Source: Planctomycetota bacterium (GTDB taxonomy: Bacteria > Planctomycetota > MHYJ01 > JACPRB01). Taken from it: DNA of 64,000 nt. Below the pieces are notes generated by a model. It had not been told where the DNA came from. It was given only the letters and a program-made list of their open reading frames with translations, and did no database searches. The first letter of the stretch is position 1; every line of letters begins with the position of its first letter. The stretch is taken from the NCBI GenBank assembly GCA_035574235.1, contig DATLZA010000156.1, forward strand, positions 17,998 through 81,997, written 5' to 3'. The position numbers were made by a program, and so were the translations under genes. Below are positions 54,814 through 63,416 of the stretch, in pieces.

Positions 54814-56631
54814 GTGGATCGGCGCACCCTTCTGGCCATGGTCGTGTGCATGGCCATCTTCATCCTCTGGACCGGGGTCGTGGCGCCGCTGATCTGGCCC
54901 CCGCCGAAGCCGGCGCCCCGGAAGCCCGCGCCGCCGCCGTCCGCCACCCCCGCTCCCAAGTCCGCGCCGGCGCCGGCCGCCCCGGCGCCCCAGGAGATCG
55001 TCCGACATCCGGAGCTGCCTCCGGTGACGCTGCGGGCCGGCCGTCTCAAGGCGGTCTTCACGAACGTCGGAGCGGGTCTTCGGGAGCTGGCTACGCTCTA
55101 CGAGAACGAAGAAGTTCTCCTCCTGGGGCCGCGCCCGGGCGGCGCGCCGCACCTGGCGGTGCGCGAGGTGGGCGGTCCGGATCCCGTCGAGACGCTCCCC
55201 TGGAAGCTCGAGGAGCAGACGGAACGCTCGGTGCGGTATTCGATCGTCCTGCGCAGCGGCGTGCGGCTGGCCAAGAAGTTCACCCTCGATCCGGAGACGT
55301 ATCGCCTGGGGTTCGTCCTCGACGTGGAGGGGCCGGCCGACGTGCCGGAGGATCGGAAGGTGCAGCTGGAAATCCTGGCGCTCCAGGGGATCCAGCCCGA
55401 CAGCCCGTACCGGTACGACTACTACCTCCACGGCGTGGTGGCGATGGACGGACGGATCCTGGAGTTCAACTGGGCGGGGATCTCGTCCGGCGAAGCCAAG
55501 CTCGCCGAGGCGCGCCGGCAGCCGCCCGGAAGCGCCCGGGACCAGGCCGTTCAGGAGGCCCGCAAGTACTTCACCGTCACCACGGGCCGGAAGGATTGGT
55601 TCGGCCTGAAGAACCGGTTCTTCGCGATTCTGCTTCAGCCGCTCGGCCCCGCCCGGACGCGGCTGGAGGCGTACGAGTTCCACACGCTGCCCTCCGGCGC
55701 GCCCGCGGGGCCGGGAGTGCCGGACAAGAACCTTTCCGCCTCGGCGCGGACCGAGCCGCTGGCGGTGCGGGACCGCCGGGTGAGCTTCGAGTTCTCCGCC
55801 TACGCGGGTCCCCTGAAACGGGATTTCCTGGCCGAGGTCCCCGGCGCGCTCGATCTCATCAACTACGGGGCGGGCTGCACGAAGGGATGCGGGCCGGTCG
55901 GGGTCCTGTTCGCGCCGATGGCCGCGCTCGTGAACCTGGCGGCCCCGGCGATCCTGGGGCTGCTGAAGTTCTTCGGCGGCCTCTTCGGGAACTACGGCGT
56001 GGGAATCATCCTGACGACGCTGGCGATCCGCGTGCTTCTCTTCCCCCTGTCGAAGAAGAGCCAGGTCTCGGCTTTCCGGATGCAGCAGCTGGCGCCCAAG
56101 ATCCAGGCGCTGCGCGAGCGCTACAAGGACGACCAGCAGAAGTTCGGAGTGGAACAGATGCGGCTCTTCCGGGAGCACAAGATCAATCCCCTGGCGGGCT
56201 GCCTGCCGCTGCTCCTGCAGATGCCGATCTTCGTGGGCATGTACAGCGTCTTTGAGCTGTCCGTGGAGCTGCGCCGGGAGCCGTTCGTCCTCTGGATCCG
56301 GGATCTCTCGCAGCCGGACATGCTCCTGGGACCCTGGACGCCCATCCAGATTCCGCTTCTGCCGACGATCGACGGGCTGAACCTCCTGCCGATCGTGATG
56401 ACGGTGATCTGGTTCCTTCAGGCGTACTTCGCGCCGCGGTCGCCGGATCCCCAGATGGCCGCGCAGCAGAAGATCATGCTGGCGATGCCCGTGATCTTCG
56501 GGCTGATGTGCTATGGGCTGGCCAGCGGTCTGAGCCTCTACTTCCTGGTGAACTCTCTTCTGGCCCTGGTGGAGCAGAAGGCCATCAAGAAATTCTTCCT
56601 CAAGCCGCTGGAAGCAGGCGGGAGCGCCTGA
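54814..56631 (+). CDS. yidC: membrane protein insertase YidC
   Basis: N-terminal TM, large periplasmic domain, then the conserved 5-TM core (GIILTTLAIRVLLFPLS…AGCLPLLLQMPIFVGMY…). Confidence 0.9.
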   Translation: MDRRTLLAMVVCMAIFILWTGVVAPLIWPPPKPAPRKPAPPPSATPAPKSAPAPAAPAPQEIVRHPELPPVTLRAGRLKAVFTNVGAGLRELATLYENEEVLLLGPRPGGAPHLAVREVGGPDPVETLPWKLEEQTERSVRYSIVLRSGVRLAKKFTLDPETYRLGFVLDVEGPADVPEDRKVQLEILALQGIQPDSPYRYDYYLHGVVAMDGRILEFNWAGISSGEAKLAEARRQPPGSARDQAVQEARKYFTVTTGRKDWFGLKNRFFAILLQPLGPARTRLEAYEFHTLPSGAPAGPGVPDKNLSASARTEPLAVRDRRVSFEFSAYAGPLKRDFLAEVPGALDLINYGAGCTKGCGPVGVLFAPMAALVNLAAPAILGLLKFFGGLFGNYGVGIILTTLAIRVLLFPLSKKSQVSAFRMQQLAPKIQALRERYKDDQQKFGVEQMRLFREHKINPLAGCLPLLLQMPIFVGMYSVFELSVELRREPFVLWIRDLSQPDMLLGPWTPIQIPLLPTIDGLNLLPIVMTVIWFLQAYFAPRSPDPQMAAQQKIMLAMPVIFGLMCYGLASGLSLYFLVNSLLALVEQKAIKKFFLKPLEAGGSA

Positions 56632-56642
56632 AAGGAGGCCGC

Positions 56643-57155
56643 ATGGAGCCCAAAAAGAGGGTCACGCAGGAGGATATCGCCCGGGTCTGCAAGATCGACC
56701 AGGGATCGGTCTCCCGCATCCTCAACGAGGACACGCGCGACTCCTTCGCGGAGGAGACGATCCAGAGGGTCTTCAAGGCGGCCCGGGAGCTGGGGTATCT
56801 GCATCCGTCGCTCGTGACGTCCAACCGCCGCGAGTCCAGCCGCCGCAAGGCGGAGCTCCGCGGAAAGGTCCAGATCGTGATCGGGACGAACACGGTCTAC
56901 GACGAAGGCGAGATCGACATCGACGAGATCTCGATGTCCGGGATGCTGCTGCGGAACTTCCGGACGAAGAAGAGGACGCTTCCGATGGACCGCTTCAAGT
57001 TCAACGTCGAGGTCACGGAGGGGCGCCTGAAGGGCTTCAAGTGCCGCTGCAAGCTCGTGCGCTTCTCGGACAACGAGGACGAGTTCGCCCTGGCCGTGAA
57101 GTTCGACAGCCTCGACGAGGATGCCAAGGAAAAGCTCAAGGGCTTCGTCAAGTAG
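56643..57155 (+). CDS. LacI-type HTH fused to PilZ domain (candidate c-di-GMP-responsive DNA-binding protein)
   Basis: RBS aaaggagg precedes the ATG. HTH VTQEDIARVCKIDQGSVSRILN. PilZ motifs RRESSRR (RxxxR) and DISMSGML (DxSxxG). Lower GC than its surroundings. Confidence 0.75.
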   Translation: MEPKKRVTQEDIARVCKIDQGSVSRILNEDTRDSFAEETIQRVFKAARELGYLHPSLVTSNRRESSRRKAELRGKVQIVIGTNTVYDEGEIDIDEISMSGMLLRNFRTKKRTLPMDRFKFNVEVTEGRLKGFKCRCKLVRFSDNEDEFALAVKFDSLDEDAKEKLKGFVK

Positions 57156-58401
57156 CGACACCATCGCCGCGGTGTCCTCCCCTCCGGGAGCCGGGCTGCG
57201 GGCGGTGGTCCGGCTGAGCGGCCCGGACGCGGCGGCGCTGGCGGCGGGGGAGCCGGGGGCGGTCCTCTTCCGGGCCCCGCGCTCCTACACGGGCGAGGAT
57301 GTGGCGGAGCTTCATCTGCCCGGCTCGCCTCCGCTCGTGGAGGCCTGTCTGCGCCGCCTCGCGGAACGCGGAGCCCGTCCCGCCCGGCCCGGCGAATTCA
57401 CCCTGCGCGCCTTCCTCAACGGCCGGATGGATCTTTCCCGCGCGGAAGCGGTCGAGCGTCTGATCGCCGCGGAGGACGACGCGGAGCGCCGCGCGGCGCT
57501 CGAGGCGCTGGCGGGCGGGTTTTCGGACCGCCTGCGGCGGATCGAGGCGCTCGTTCTCGACCTGACGGCCGACGTCGAGGCGTCGATCGATTTCGTCGAT
57601 CAGGACATCGAGATCCTCCCGCTTTCGGAGGCGGCGGATCGGGCGGCGGCGCTGGCGAAGGATCTCGCGGATCTGCTCCGGGAGACGGCGGCGGCGCGGG
57701 TCGCCGACGAGCGTCCTGTGGCGGCCCTGTACGGTCCGGCGAACGCGGGGAAGTCCACGCTCTTCAACGCTTTGACGGGCGGCCGCGCGATCATATCCGA
57801 TCGGGAGGGGACCACGCGGGACGTGCTCGAGGGGGAGCTGGAGGTCGGGGGCCGCCGGGTGCGGCTTCTGGACGCGGCGGGGCAGCGGGGAGGAGAGGGG
57901 ATCGACGCGGAGGCGGAGCGGCGGGCGCGCGCGGCGGCGGAGGCGGCCGATCTTGTGCTCTTCGTGGTGGACGCCGCGGACTGGGAGCGGGCGCGGAAAT
58001 GGGTTCTCCGCGGGCGGCCGGCGATCCTGGTCGTCAACAAGATCGATCGGGCTTCGGCGGAGGGAGCGGCGGGCGGTCTCGGAATGTCCGAGGCGGTCGC
58101 CGTTTCGGCGCGGACGGGGGCGGGGCTCGAGGAGCTGCGGGAGCGGATCGCGCGGCGGCTGGCGGGCGACGAAGCGCCTGTTTCCGGCGCGCGCTACCGC
58201 GTGAGCGTCCGGCAGCACGGGCTTCTGAGGGAGGCGCGGGAGGCGCTGGGGCGCGCCGCTTCGTCGGGGCCGGCGCTGGGGGTCGAGTGCCTGGCGCTCG
58301 ATCTGCGGGCGGCGCTCGAGGCGCTCGGCGGCGTGACGGGCCGCTGCGTGGGGGAGGATCTGCTCGACCGGATCTTTTCGCGCTTCTGTCTGGGAAAGTA
58401 G
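57121..58401 (+). CDS. mnmE: tRNA modification GTPase MnmE (TrmE)
   Basis: N-terminal DTIAAVSSPPG, G-domain GPANAGKSTLFNAL…DREGTTRD…DAAG, and C-terminal …RIFSRFCLGK (CxGK motif). Confidence 0.9.
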   Translation: MPRKSSRASSSSDTIAAVSSPPGAGLRAVVRLSGPDAAALAAGEPGAVLFRAPRSYTGEDVAELHLPGSPPLVEACLRRLAERGARPARPGEFTLRAFLNGRMDLSRAEAVERLIAAEDDAERRAALEALAGGFSDRLRRIEALVLDLTADVEASIDFVDQDIEILPLSEAADRAAALAKDLADLLRETAAARVADERPVAALYGPANAGKSTLFNALTGGRAIISDREGTTRDVLEGELEVGGRRVRLLDAAGQRGGEGIDAEAERRARAAAEAADLVLFVVDAADWERARKWVLRGRPAILVVNKIDRASAEGAAGGLGMSEAVAVSARTGAGLEELRERIARRLAGDEAPVSGARYRVSVRQHGLLREAREALGRAASSGPALGVECLALDLRAALEALGGVTGRCVGEDLLDRIFSRFCLGK

Positions 58402-58476
58402 AATCCGTCCTTTCCCCGCGGCGGGCGGGTCCTCCAAATCATCGACGCCGTTCGCCGCCCCCGATAAGATCCCCGC

Positions 58477-59973
58477 ATGCCGGAAGAGGGCCGCTCGGCG
58501 CGCCTTCGAAAGGCCGCGGGTCTGGCGGCCGGGCTGGCCGCGTTCTTCGCGATCGCCTTCGTTCCGTCCGGGCTCCACCAGGTTCCCGGGGCGGGCGGCG
58601 CGCCCGCCGCGGCCGCGGGAATCGCCGCCCTCATGGCCATCTGGTGGTTTACGGAGGCGCTGCCGATCCACTGGACGGCGCTCGTGCCCCTCGTGGCCTA
58701 TCCCCTCCTCGGCGTCTTCGAGCCCTGGGTCGGCCGCGAGGGCGCCGGGACGCTTCTCCTGCGAAACGCGGGTCGCGCGGCGGCTCCGTATGGGGACGCC
58801 TATATCTTTCTTTTCCTGGGCGGCATGATGATCGGCGCGGCCGCGGAGCAATGGAATCTCCACCGGCGGGTGGCCCTTCACATCCTGCGGGCGATCGGGG
58901 TGGGCCCTCGGCGGCTCCTCCTGGGGGTTCTCGCGGCCACGGCGTTCGTTTCGCTTTGGATCTCCAACACCGCCACCGCCGTCATGATGACGCCCATCGG
59001 AATGGCGCTTCTGAGCCAGCTGGAGGCCGCCGCGGGAGGGCGCCGTCTGGGCCACTTCGGCGCGGCGGTGATGCTCGCCGTGGCCTACGGTTCCAACGTC
59101 GGCGGCATCGGGACGAAGATCGGCACCGGTCCCAACTCCATTCTCTGCGGCTGGGTCCAGCGCCACATGGGACTGGAGCTGAGCTTCCTCTACTACATGC
59201 TTCTGGCCCTGCCCTTCGTCGTTCTCTTTCTCCCGGTCGTCTGGGCGGTGCTCTGGCGGCGCGCGCGCCGGGACCCCCTCGACGGCCTGCGGGCCGACGA
59301 GGTTCTGGACCGCGAACTGGCGGCGCTGGGGCCTATGTCCGTTCCGGAGCGGAAGGTCCTGGCCGTTTTTCTCGCGGCGGCGGTCCTGTGGATTTTCGGG
59401 AACGTGCTTCGTCCCGCCGTCGCCCCGTGGGTCCCGCGGTTCTGGGAGGGTTTCCAGTTCCGGGAGAAACACTACGAGGCCGCCGTGGCGATGGCGGCGG
59501 GCGCGGCGCTTCTGGCGCTGCGGGTTCTTTCGCCGGCGCGGCTGATGCGGATTCCCTGGGACACGCTGGTTCTTCTCGGGGGCGGCTTCGCCCTGGCGGC
59601 GGGGGTGGAGGGAAGCGGACTGTCCGAGTGGCTGGCCCTCCGGCTCAAGGCCGTGGCCGGATTTCCGGCCCCCGTCCAGATCGGCCTGGCCGCGCTCTTC
59701 AGCGTGGGGCTCACCGCCGTCGCTTCCAACACCGCCACGATCAACGTCCTGCTGGGGCTGGTGCCCCGTTCGCTGCCGGTCCTTATGGCCGTGACGCTCG
59801 GATGTTCCTGCGACTTCATGCTCCCCGCGGGGACGCCTCCCAACGCCATCGTTTTCGGCAGCGGCTACATCCGCCTTCCCGTCATGATCCGCACGGGATT
59901 CGCGCTCGATCTGGCGGCGGTGCTGGCGATCGTTCTCTACGGCTCGTTCTACCTGCGCTGGATCGCGTCTTGA
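58477..59973 (+). CDS. DASS/SLC13-family sodium:anion (di/tricarboxylate or sulfate) symporter
   Basis: Approximately 12-14 TM helices. Duplicated SNT-type re-entrant hairpin motifs (WISNTATAVMM; VASNTATINVLL). Confidence 0.85.
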   Translation: MPEEGRSARLRKAAGLAAGLAAFFAIAFVPSGLHQVPGAGGAPAAAAGIAALMAIWWFTEALPIHWTALVPLVAYPLLGVFEPWVGREGAGTLLLRNAGRAAAPYGDAYIFLFLGGMMIGAAAEQWNLHRRVALHILRAIGVGPRRLLLGVLAATAFVSLWISNTATAVMMTPIGMALLSQLEAAAGGRRLGHFGAAVMLAVAYGSNVGGIGTKIGTGPNSILCGWVQRHMGLELSFLYYMLLALPFVVLFLPVVWAVLWRRARRDPLDGLRADEVLDRELAALGPMSVPERKVLAVFLAAAVLWIFGNVLRPAVAPWVPRFWEGFQFREKHYEAAVAMAAGAALLALRVLSPARLMRIPWDTLVLLGGGFALAAGVEGSGLSEWLALRLKAVAGFPAPVQIGLAALFSVGLTAVASNTATINVLLGLVPRSLPVLMAVTLGCSCDFMLPAGTPPNAIVFGSGYIRLPVMIRTGFALDLAAVLAIVLYGSFYLRWIAS

Positions 59974-60010
59974 CAACCCCCGGCGGGGGGCCTACAGTAA
60001 CCGCACTTCG

Positions 60011-60475
60011 ATGCGCTGCCCCTTCTGCAAGAAGGACAACGACCGGGTTATCGACTCGCGTTCGGCCAACGCGGGCGCGACGGTCCGCCGGCGCCGCGAG
60101 TGCCTGGCCTGTTCCAAGCGCTTCACCACGTACGAGAAGGTCGAGGAGATCACCCTCTACGTCATCAAGAAGGACGGCCGCCGCGACGTCTTCGACCGGG
60201 AGAAGATCAAGCGCGGCCTCCTGACGGCCTGCAAGAAGCGCCCCGTGTCCCTTCAGACCATCGAGGACATCGTCAACCGCATCGAAATCGAGCTGTACGA
60301 GAAATACGACCGCGAGGTGAAATCCACCAAGATCGGAGACCTCGTGATGCGCGAGCTCAAGGCGATCGACCACGTCGCGTACGTCCGCTTCGCCTCGGTC
60401 TATCGCGAGTTCAAGGACGTCAGCGAGTTCATGCGCGAGCTGCGGCCCATGCTCAAGACGGGCGCGCGTTCCTAA
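60011..60475 (+). CDS. nrdR: transcriptional repressor NrdR
   Basis: Zinc ribbon MRCPFCK…CLACSKRFTTYE, followed by an ATP-cone domain. Confidence 0.92.
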   Translation: MRCPFCKKDNDRVIDSRSANAGATVRRRRECLACSKRFTTYEKVEEITLYVIKKDGRRDVFDREKIKRGLLTACKKRPVSLQTIEDIVNRIEIELYEKYDREVKSTKIGDLVMRELKAIDHVAYVRFASVYREFKDVSEFMRELRPMLKTGARS

Positions 60476-60502
60476 GGGACGGGACGCCGGGGAGAGGAGG
60501 GC

Positions 60503-62419
60503 ATGCCGATCCGGAAGGTCGAAACGGTCCGAAAGCGGGACGGCCGCATCGTCCCCTACGACGAACAGAAGATCGCCGAGGCGATCGTGCGCGCCGCCCG
60601 CGCCGCCGGACACGACAACGCCACCATCGGCCGCGACCTCGCCAGCGTCGTGACGATGTATTTGGAGCGCTATCGGGAGCGCGACGTTCCCACGAGCGAG
60701 GAAATCCAGCGTCTCGTCGAGAAGATCCTCTTCGATACGGGCCACGCCGCCGTCGCCCGGGCCTACATCGTCTACCGGGAGCGCAAGGGCCAGCCGGCCG
60801 GCGCGGCCGCGCCTCCCGCGGAGGACCTTTTCCCGACGAACCTCGTCCTCGTGGACGGCGCCACCCGGGCCGAAGTCGCTCCCTGGGGGCGCGAGCGCAT
60901 CATCGCCGCGCTCACCAAGGAAGCCGGCCTCGAGGAGGAGGCCGCTTCGGAGATCGCCGGATCCGTCGAGCAGAAAATCTTCCAGCTCGGCCAGCGGCGC
61001 GTCTCCACGACCCTCATCCGGGAGCTCGTCAACCACGAGCTCCTGGCCCGCGGGTACGGCTCGAAACTCCGCCGGCAGATCGTCGTGGGCCTTCCCAAGT
61101 ACGACCTCGGCCGCCTCATGGGCGACGAGGAAGCCCGCATCGATCCCGACGGGATGTGCCGCCTCATCGGCCAGACCACGCTCAAGCAGTACGCCCTCCA
61201 GGAGATCTTCACGCGCGACGTGGCCGACGCCCACCTCGAGGGGCGCCTGCACGTCCACGGCCTGGAGGAACCGCTCAAGCTTCACGCCCTGGAGCCTTCG
61301 GTCCTCGAGATCCGCCGCACGGGCGTCCGGGTGCGCGGCTCGGCGGCCCTTTCGGAGCCGGCCCGCGACGCGCGGACCCTGACCGTCCAGCTCGCCCGCG
61401 TGGCCGCCGACGCGCGCCGGTTCGTCAGCGGGCCGACCACGTTCCTCGGCCTGAGCGAAGCGTACGATCAGCTCCTGTGGGGGGCGGACGAGGACCGCGT
61501 GCGCCTGGAGGTCGAGCACGTGGCGGCGGCGCTCGAGGACGCGCCGTTCGTCGTGGAGCCCCGGCACCGCACGGCGGCGCCCCTGGCGCGGATGGGCCGG
61601 GCGGTCGTATGGACGGCCGGCGTGGGCGAGGAGCTGCGGGAGTTCTGCCGGCTGGCGGCGGACCGCGGCATGGTGTTCGCCTTCGCGCGGCCGCAGCCCG
61701 CCGGACCGGCCTCCGCCGCGCCGGGGGGCGCCCTGGAGGGCCGGGCCGTCGCCCAGGCGGTGACGCTCAACCTGCCGCAGGCCTTCTTCCGGAGCGAGGG
61801 CGGCGCCGATTTCTACACCGAGCTCGAGGCGGCCATCGAGCTGGCGGTCAAGGCGCACCTTCAGAAGCGCCAGCTGCTGCGCAAGTTCGCCGACCGCGCC
61901 ACGGGCGCCTTCGGCGCCGCCTTCGGGTGGCCGGCCGACGGCGGCGCCGCGCCGCCCTTCGACCGCTTCGAATACGCCGTGAGCCTGGCCGGACTCAACG
62001 AGGCGGTGAAGCTGCTTTCCGGCCAGGAAATCCTCGAGGGGGACGCCGCGGTGCGCCTGGCCCTGCGGCTGGTCTCGTACGTTTATTTCCGCCTCCGCGA
62101 GGAATCCGCCCGGCAGGGGATCCGGCTCGTGCTCGAGGACGTCCCGCCGGGGGAGGCGATCGACCGCTTCGTGCGGATCGACGCGCAGATGTATCCCCGG
62201 GCGCGCGGGCTCCTGGCCGACCGCGTCCGCTACACGCCGGGCTTCCGCGTCCGGGGGGCGCCGTCCTTCGAGACCCTCGCGGTCGAGGCGCGGTTCCACA
62301 CGCTCGTTCCCACCGCGCGCGCCACGGCGGAGCGCGCGCGCCTGTCGCCGGGGGATCTCTTCGCGATCCTGGAGCGGCTGTACGCCGAGACCCCCGCCGC
62401 CCGCGTGGCCGTCGAATGA
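60503..62419 (+). CDS. ATP-cone domain protein with large RNR-sized C-terminal body lacking catalytic cysteines
   Basis: RBS ggagaggaggg precedes the ATG. The N-terminal ATP-cone is VRKRDGRIVPYDEQKIAEAIVRAA. The remaining ~540 aa contain only 2 Cys and have no glycyl-radical (RVxGY) or CxxC signature. Confidence 0.7.
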   Translation: MPIRKVETVRKRDGRIVPYDEQKIAEAIVRAARAAGHDNATIGRDLASVVTMYLERYRERDVPTSEEIQRLVEKILFDTGHAAVARAYIVYRERKGQPAGAAAPPAEDLFPTNLVLVDGATRAEVAPWGRERIIAALTKEAGLEEEAASEIAGSVEQKIFQLGQRRVSTTLIRELVNHELLARGYGSKLRRQIVVGLPKYDLGRLMGDEEARIDPDGMCRLIGQTTLKQYALQEIFTRDVADAHLEGRLHVHGLEEPLKLHALEPSVLEIRRTGVRVRGSAALSEPARDARTLTVQLARVAADARRFVSGPTTFLGLSEAYDQLLWGADEDRVRLEVEHVAAALEDAPFVVEPRHRTAAPLARMGRAVVWTAGVGEELREFCRLAADRGMVFAFARPQPAGPASAAPGGALEGRAVAQAVTLNLPQAFFRSEGGADFYTELEAAIELAVKAHLQKRQLLRKFADRATGAFGAAFGWPADGGAAPPFDRFEYAVSLAGLNEAVKLLSGQEILEGDAAVRLALRLVSYVYFRLREESARQGIRLVLEDVPPGEAIDRFVRIDAQMYPRARGLLADRVRYTPGFRVRGAPSFETLAVEARFHTLVPTARATAERARLSPGDLFAILERLYAETPAARVAVE

Positions 62420-63297
62420 TCGGGCGGGTCCAGAAGATCGCGGGGAACGACTACGCGGTGAGCGCCGGAGGCGCGCTCTATCACTGCCGGTTCCGCGGGC
62501 GCCTGAAGAAGGACGCGCGCGCCGAGGGAAAGCTCGCCGCGGTGGGGGACGAGGTGGAATTCGTCCCCACGGGCGCCGGCGAAGGCGTCATCGAAAGCGT
62601 CCTTCCGCGCCGCACGAAACTCTCCCGCGCGGACGTCCACCGGCCCCGCCGGGAGCAGGTGATCGTGGCCAACGTGGACACCCTGTTCGTCGTCCAGGCC
62701 GCGCGCGATCCGGACTTCAACGACCTGGTCGCGGACCAGTGCACGGTTATGGCGGCGGCCAACGGGCTTCCGTGCGTTCTCGTCGTCAACAAGTGCGATC
62801 TGGGGGAGCCGGATCTTTCCGCCTACGAGAAGGCCGGCTACCGGACGGTGCGCACGTCGGTCCGCGACGGGCGGGGACTCGACGAGCTGCGGCAGCTTCT
62901 CCGGGGCCGGGTGAGCGTGTTTCTGGGGCCGAGCGGGGTGGGGAAGTCGTCGCTCTTGAACGCGCTGGAGCCGGGCCTGAACCTGAAGGTGGGGGAGGTT
63001 TCCCGCCGCGGCGAGGGGCGTCACACGACGACGTGGGTGGAGCTTCTTCCGGTGGCGGGAGGCTGGGCGGCGGACACGCCGGGCCTCGAGTTCTTCACGC
63101 TGTGGGGGGTGACCCCCGAGAATCTGAAGGATCATTTCCTGGATTTTGCGGAGCTGGCGGCGCGGTGCCGGTTCCGGGACTGTTCGCACACGATCGAGGC
63201 CGGCTGCGCCGTGCGCGAGGGGGCGGTTCCTTCCCGGTACCGCAATTATCTCGCGCTGCGCGAGAAGCTCCGGACCCGACGGGCGGTCTTCGAATAG
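62416..63297 (+). CDS. rsgA: ribosome small-subunit-dependent GTPase A
   Basis: Circularly permuted GTPase motifs VVNKCD…GPSGVGKSSLLNAL…TPG and a C-terminal zinc finger CRFRDCSHTIEAGCAV. The ATG overlaps the previous stop. Confidence 0.9.
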   Translation: MIGRVQKIAGNDYAVSAGGALYHCRFRGRLKKDARAEGKLAAVGDEVEFVPTGAGEGVIESVLPRRTKLSRADVHRPRREQVIVANVDTLFVVQAARDPDFNDLVADQCTVMAAANGLPCVLVVNKCDLGEPDLSAYEKAGYRTVRTSVRDGRGLDELRQLLRGRVSVFLGPSGVGKSSLLNALEPGLNLKVGEVSRRGEGRHTTTWVELLPVAGGWAADTPGLEFFTLWGVTPENLKDHFLDFAELAARCRFRDCSHTIEAGCAVREGAVPSRYRNYLALREKLRTRRAVFE

Positions 63298-63416
63298 GCG
63301 CCGGCGGGGATCAAGAATTCCCCGCGGGCGGCCGATATGGGAAGTGGACGTTTCACCGTGATCCGGAGAGGGCCCGCCGGGCGGTTCCCGGCCCCGAACG
63401 TTTGACCGAGGGCGCC

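Noticed and set aside
57148-59976. 942-aa minus ORF antisense to mnmE and the DASS transporter
   Set aside because: The sense genes have clear GTPase and SLC13 motifs. The antisense translation is R/P/G/E-rich.
59974-60502. NrdR boxes around nrdR and the ATP-cone gene
   Set aside because: I looked for paired 16-bp acaCwAtATaTwGtgt-like palindromes and none are evident. The intergenic regions are only ~30-40 nt long.
59882-62299. 805-aa minus ORF antisense to nrdR and the ATP-cone gene
   Set aside because: The plus strand has an RBS, an ATP-cone motif and GC3 bias. The minus translation has no motifs.
60100-63297. 1065-aa plus ORF
   Set aside because: This frame runs through nrdR/ATP-cone in the wrong register. 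Only the final 293 codons (rsgA, from ATG 62416) are real.
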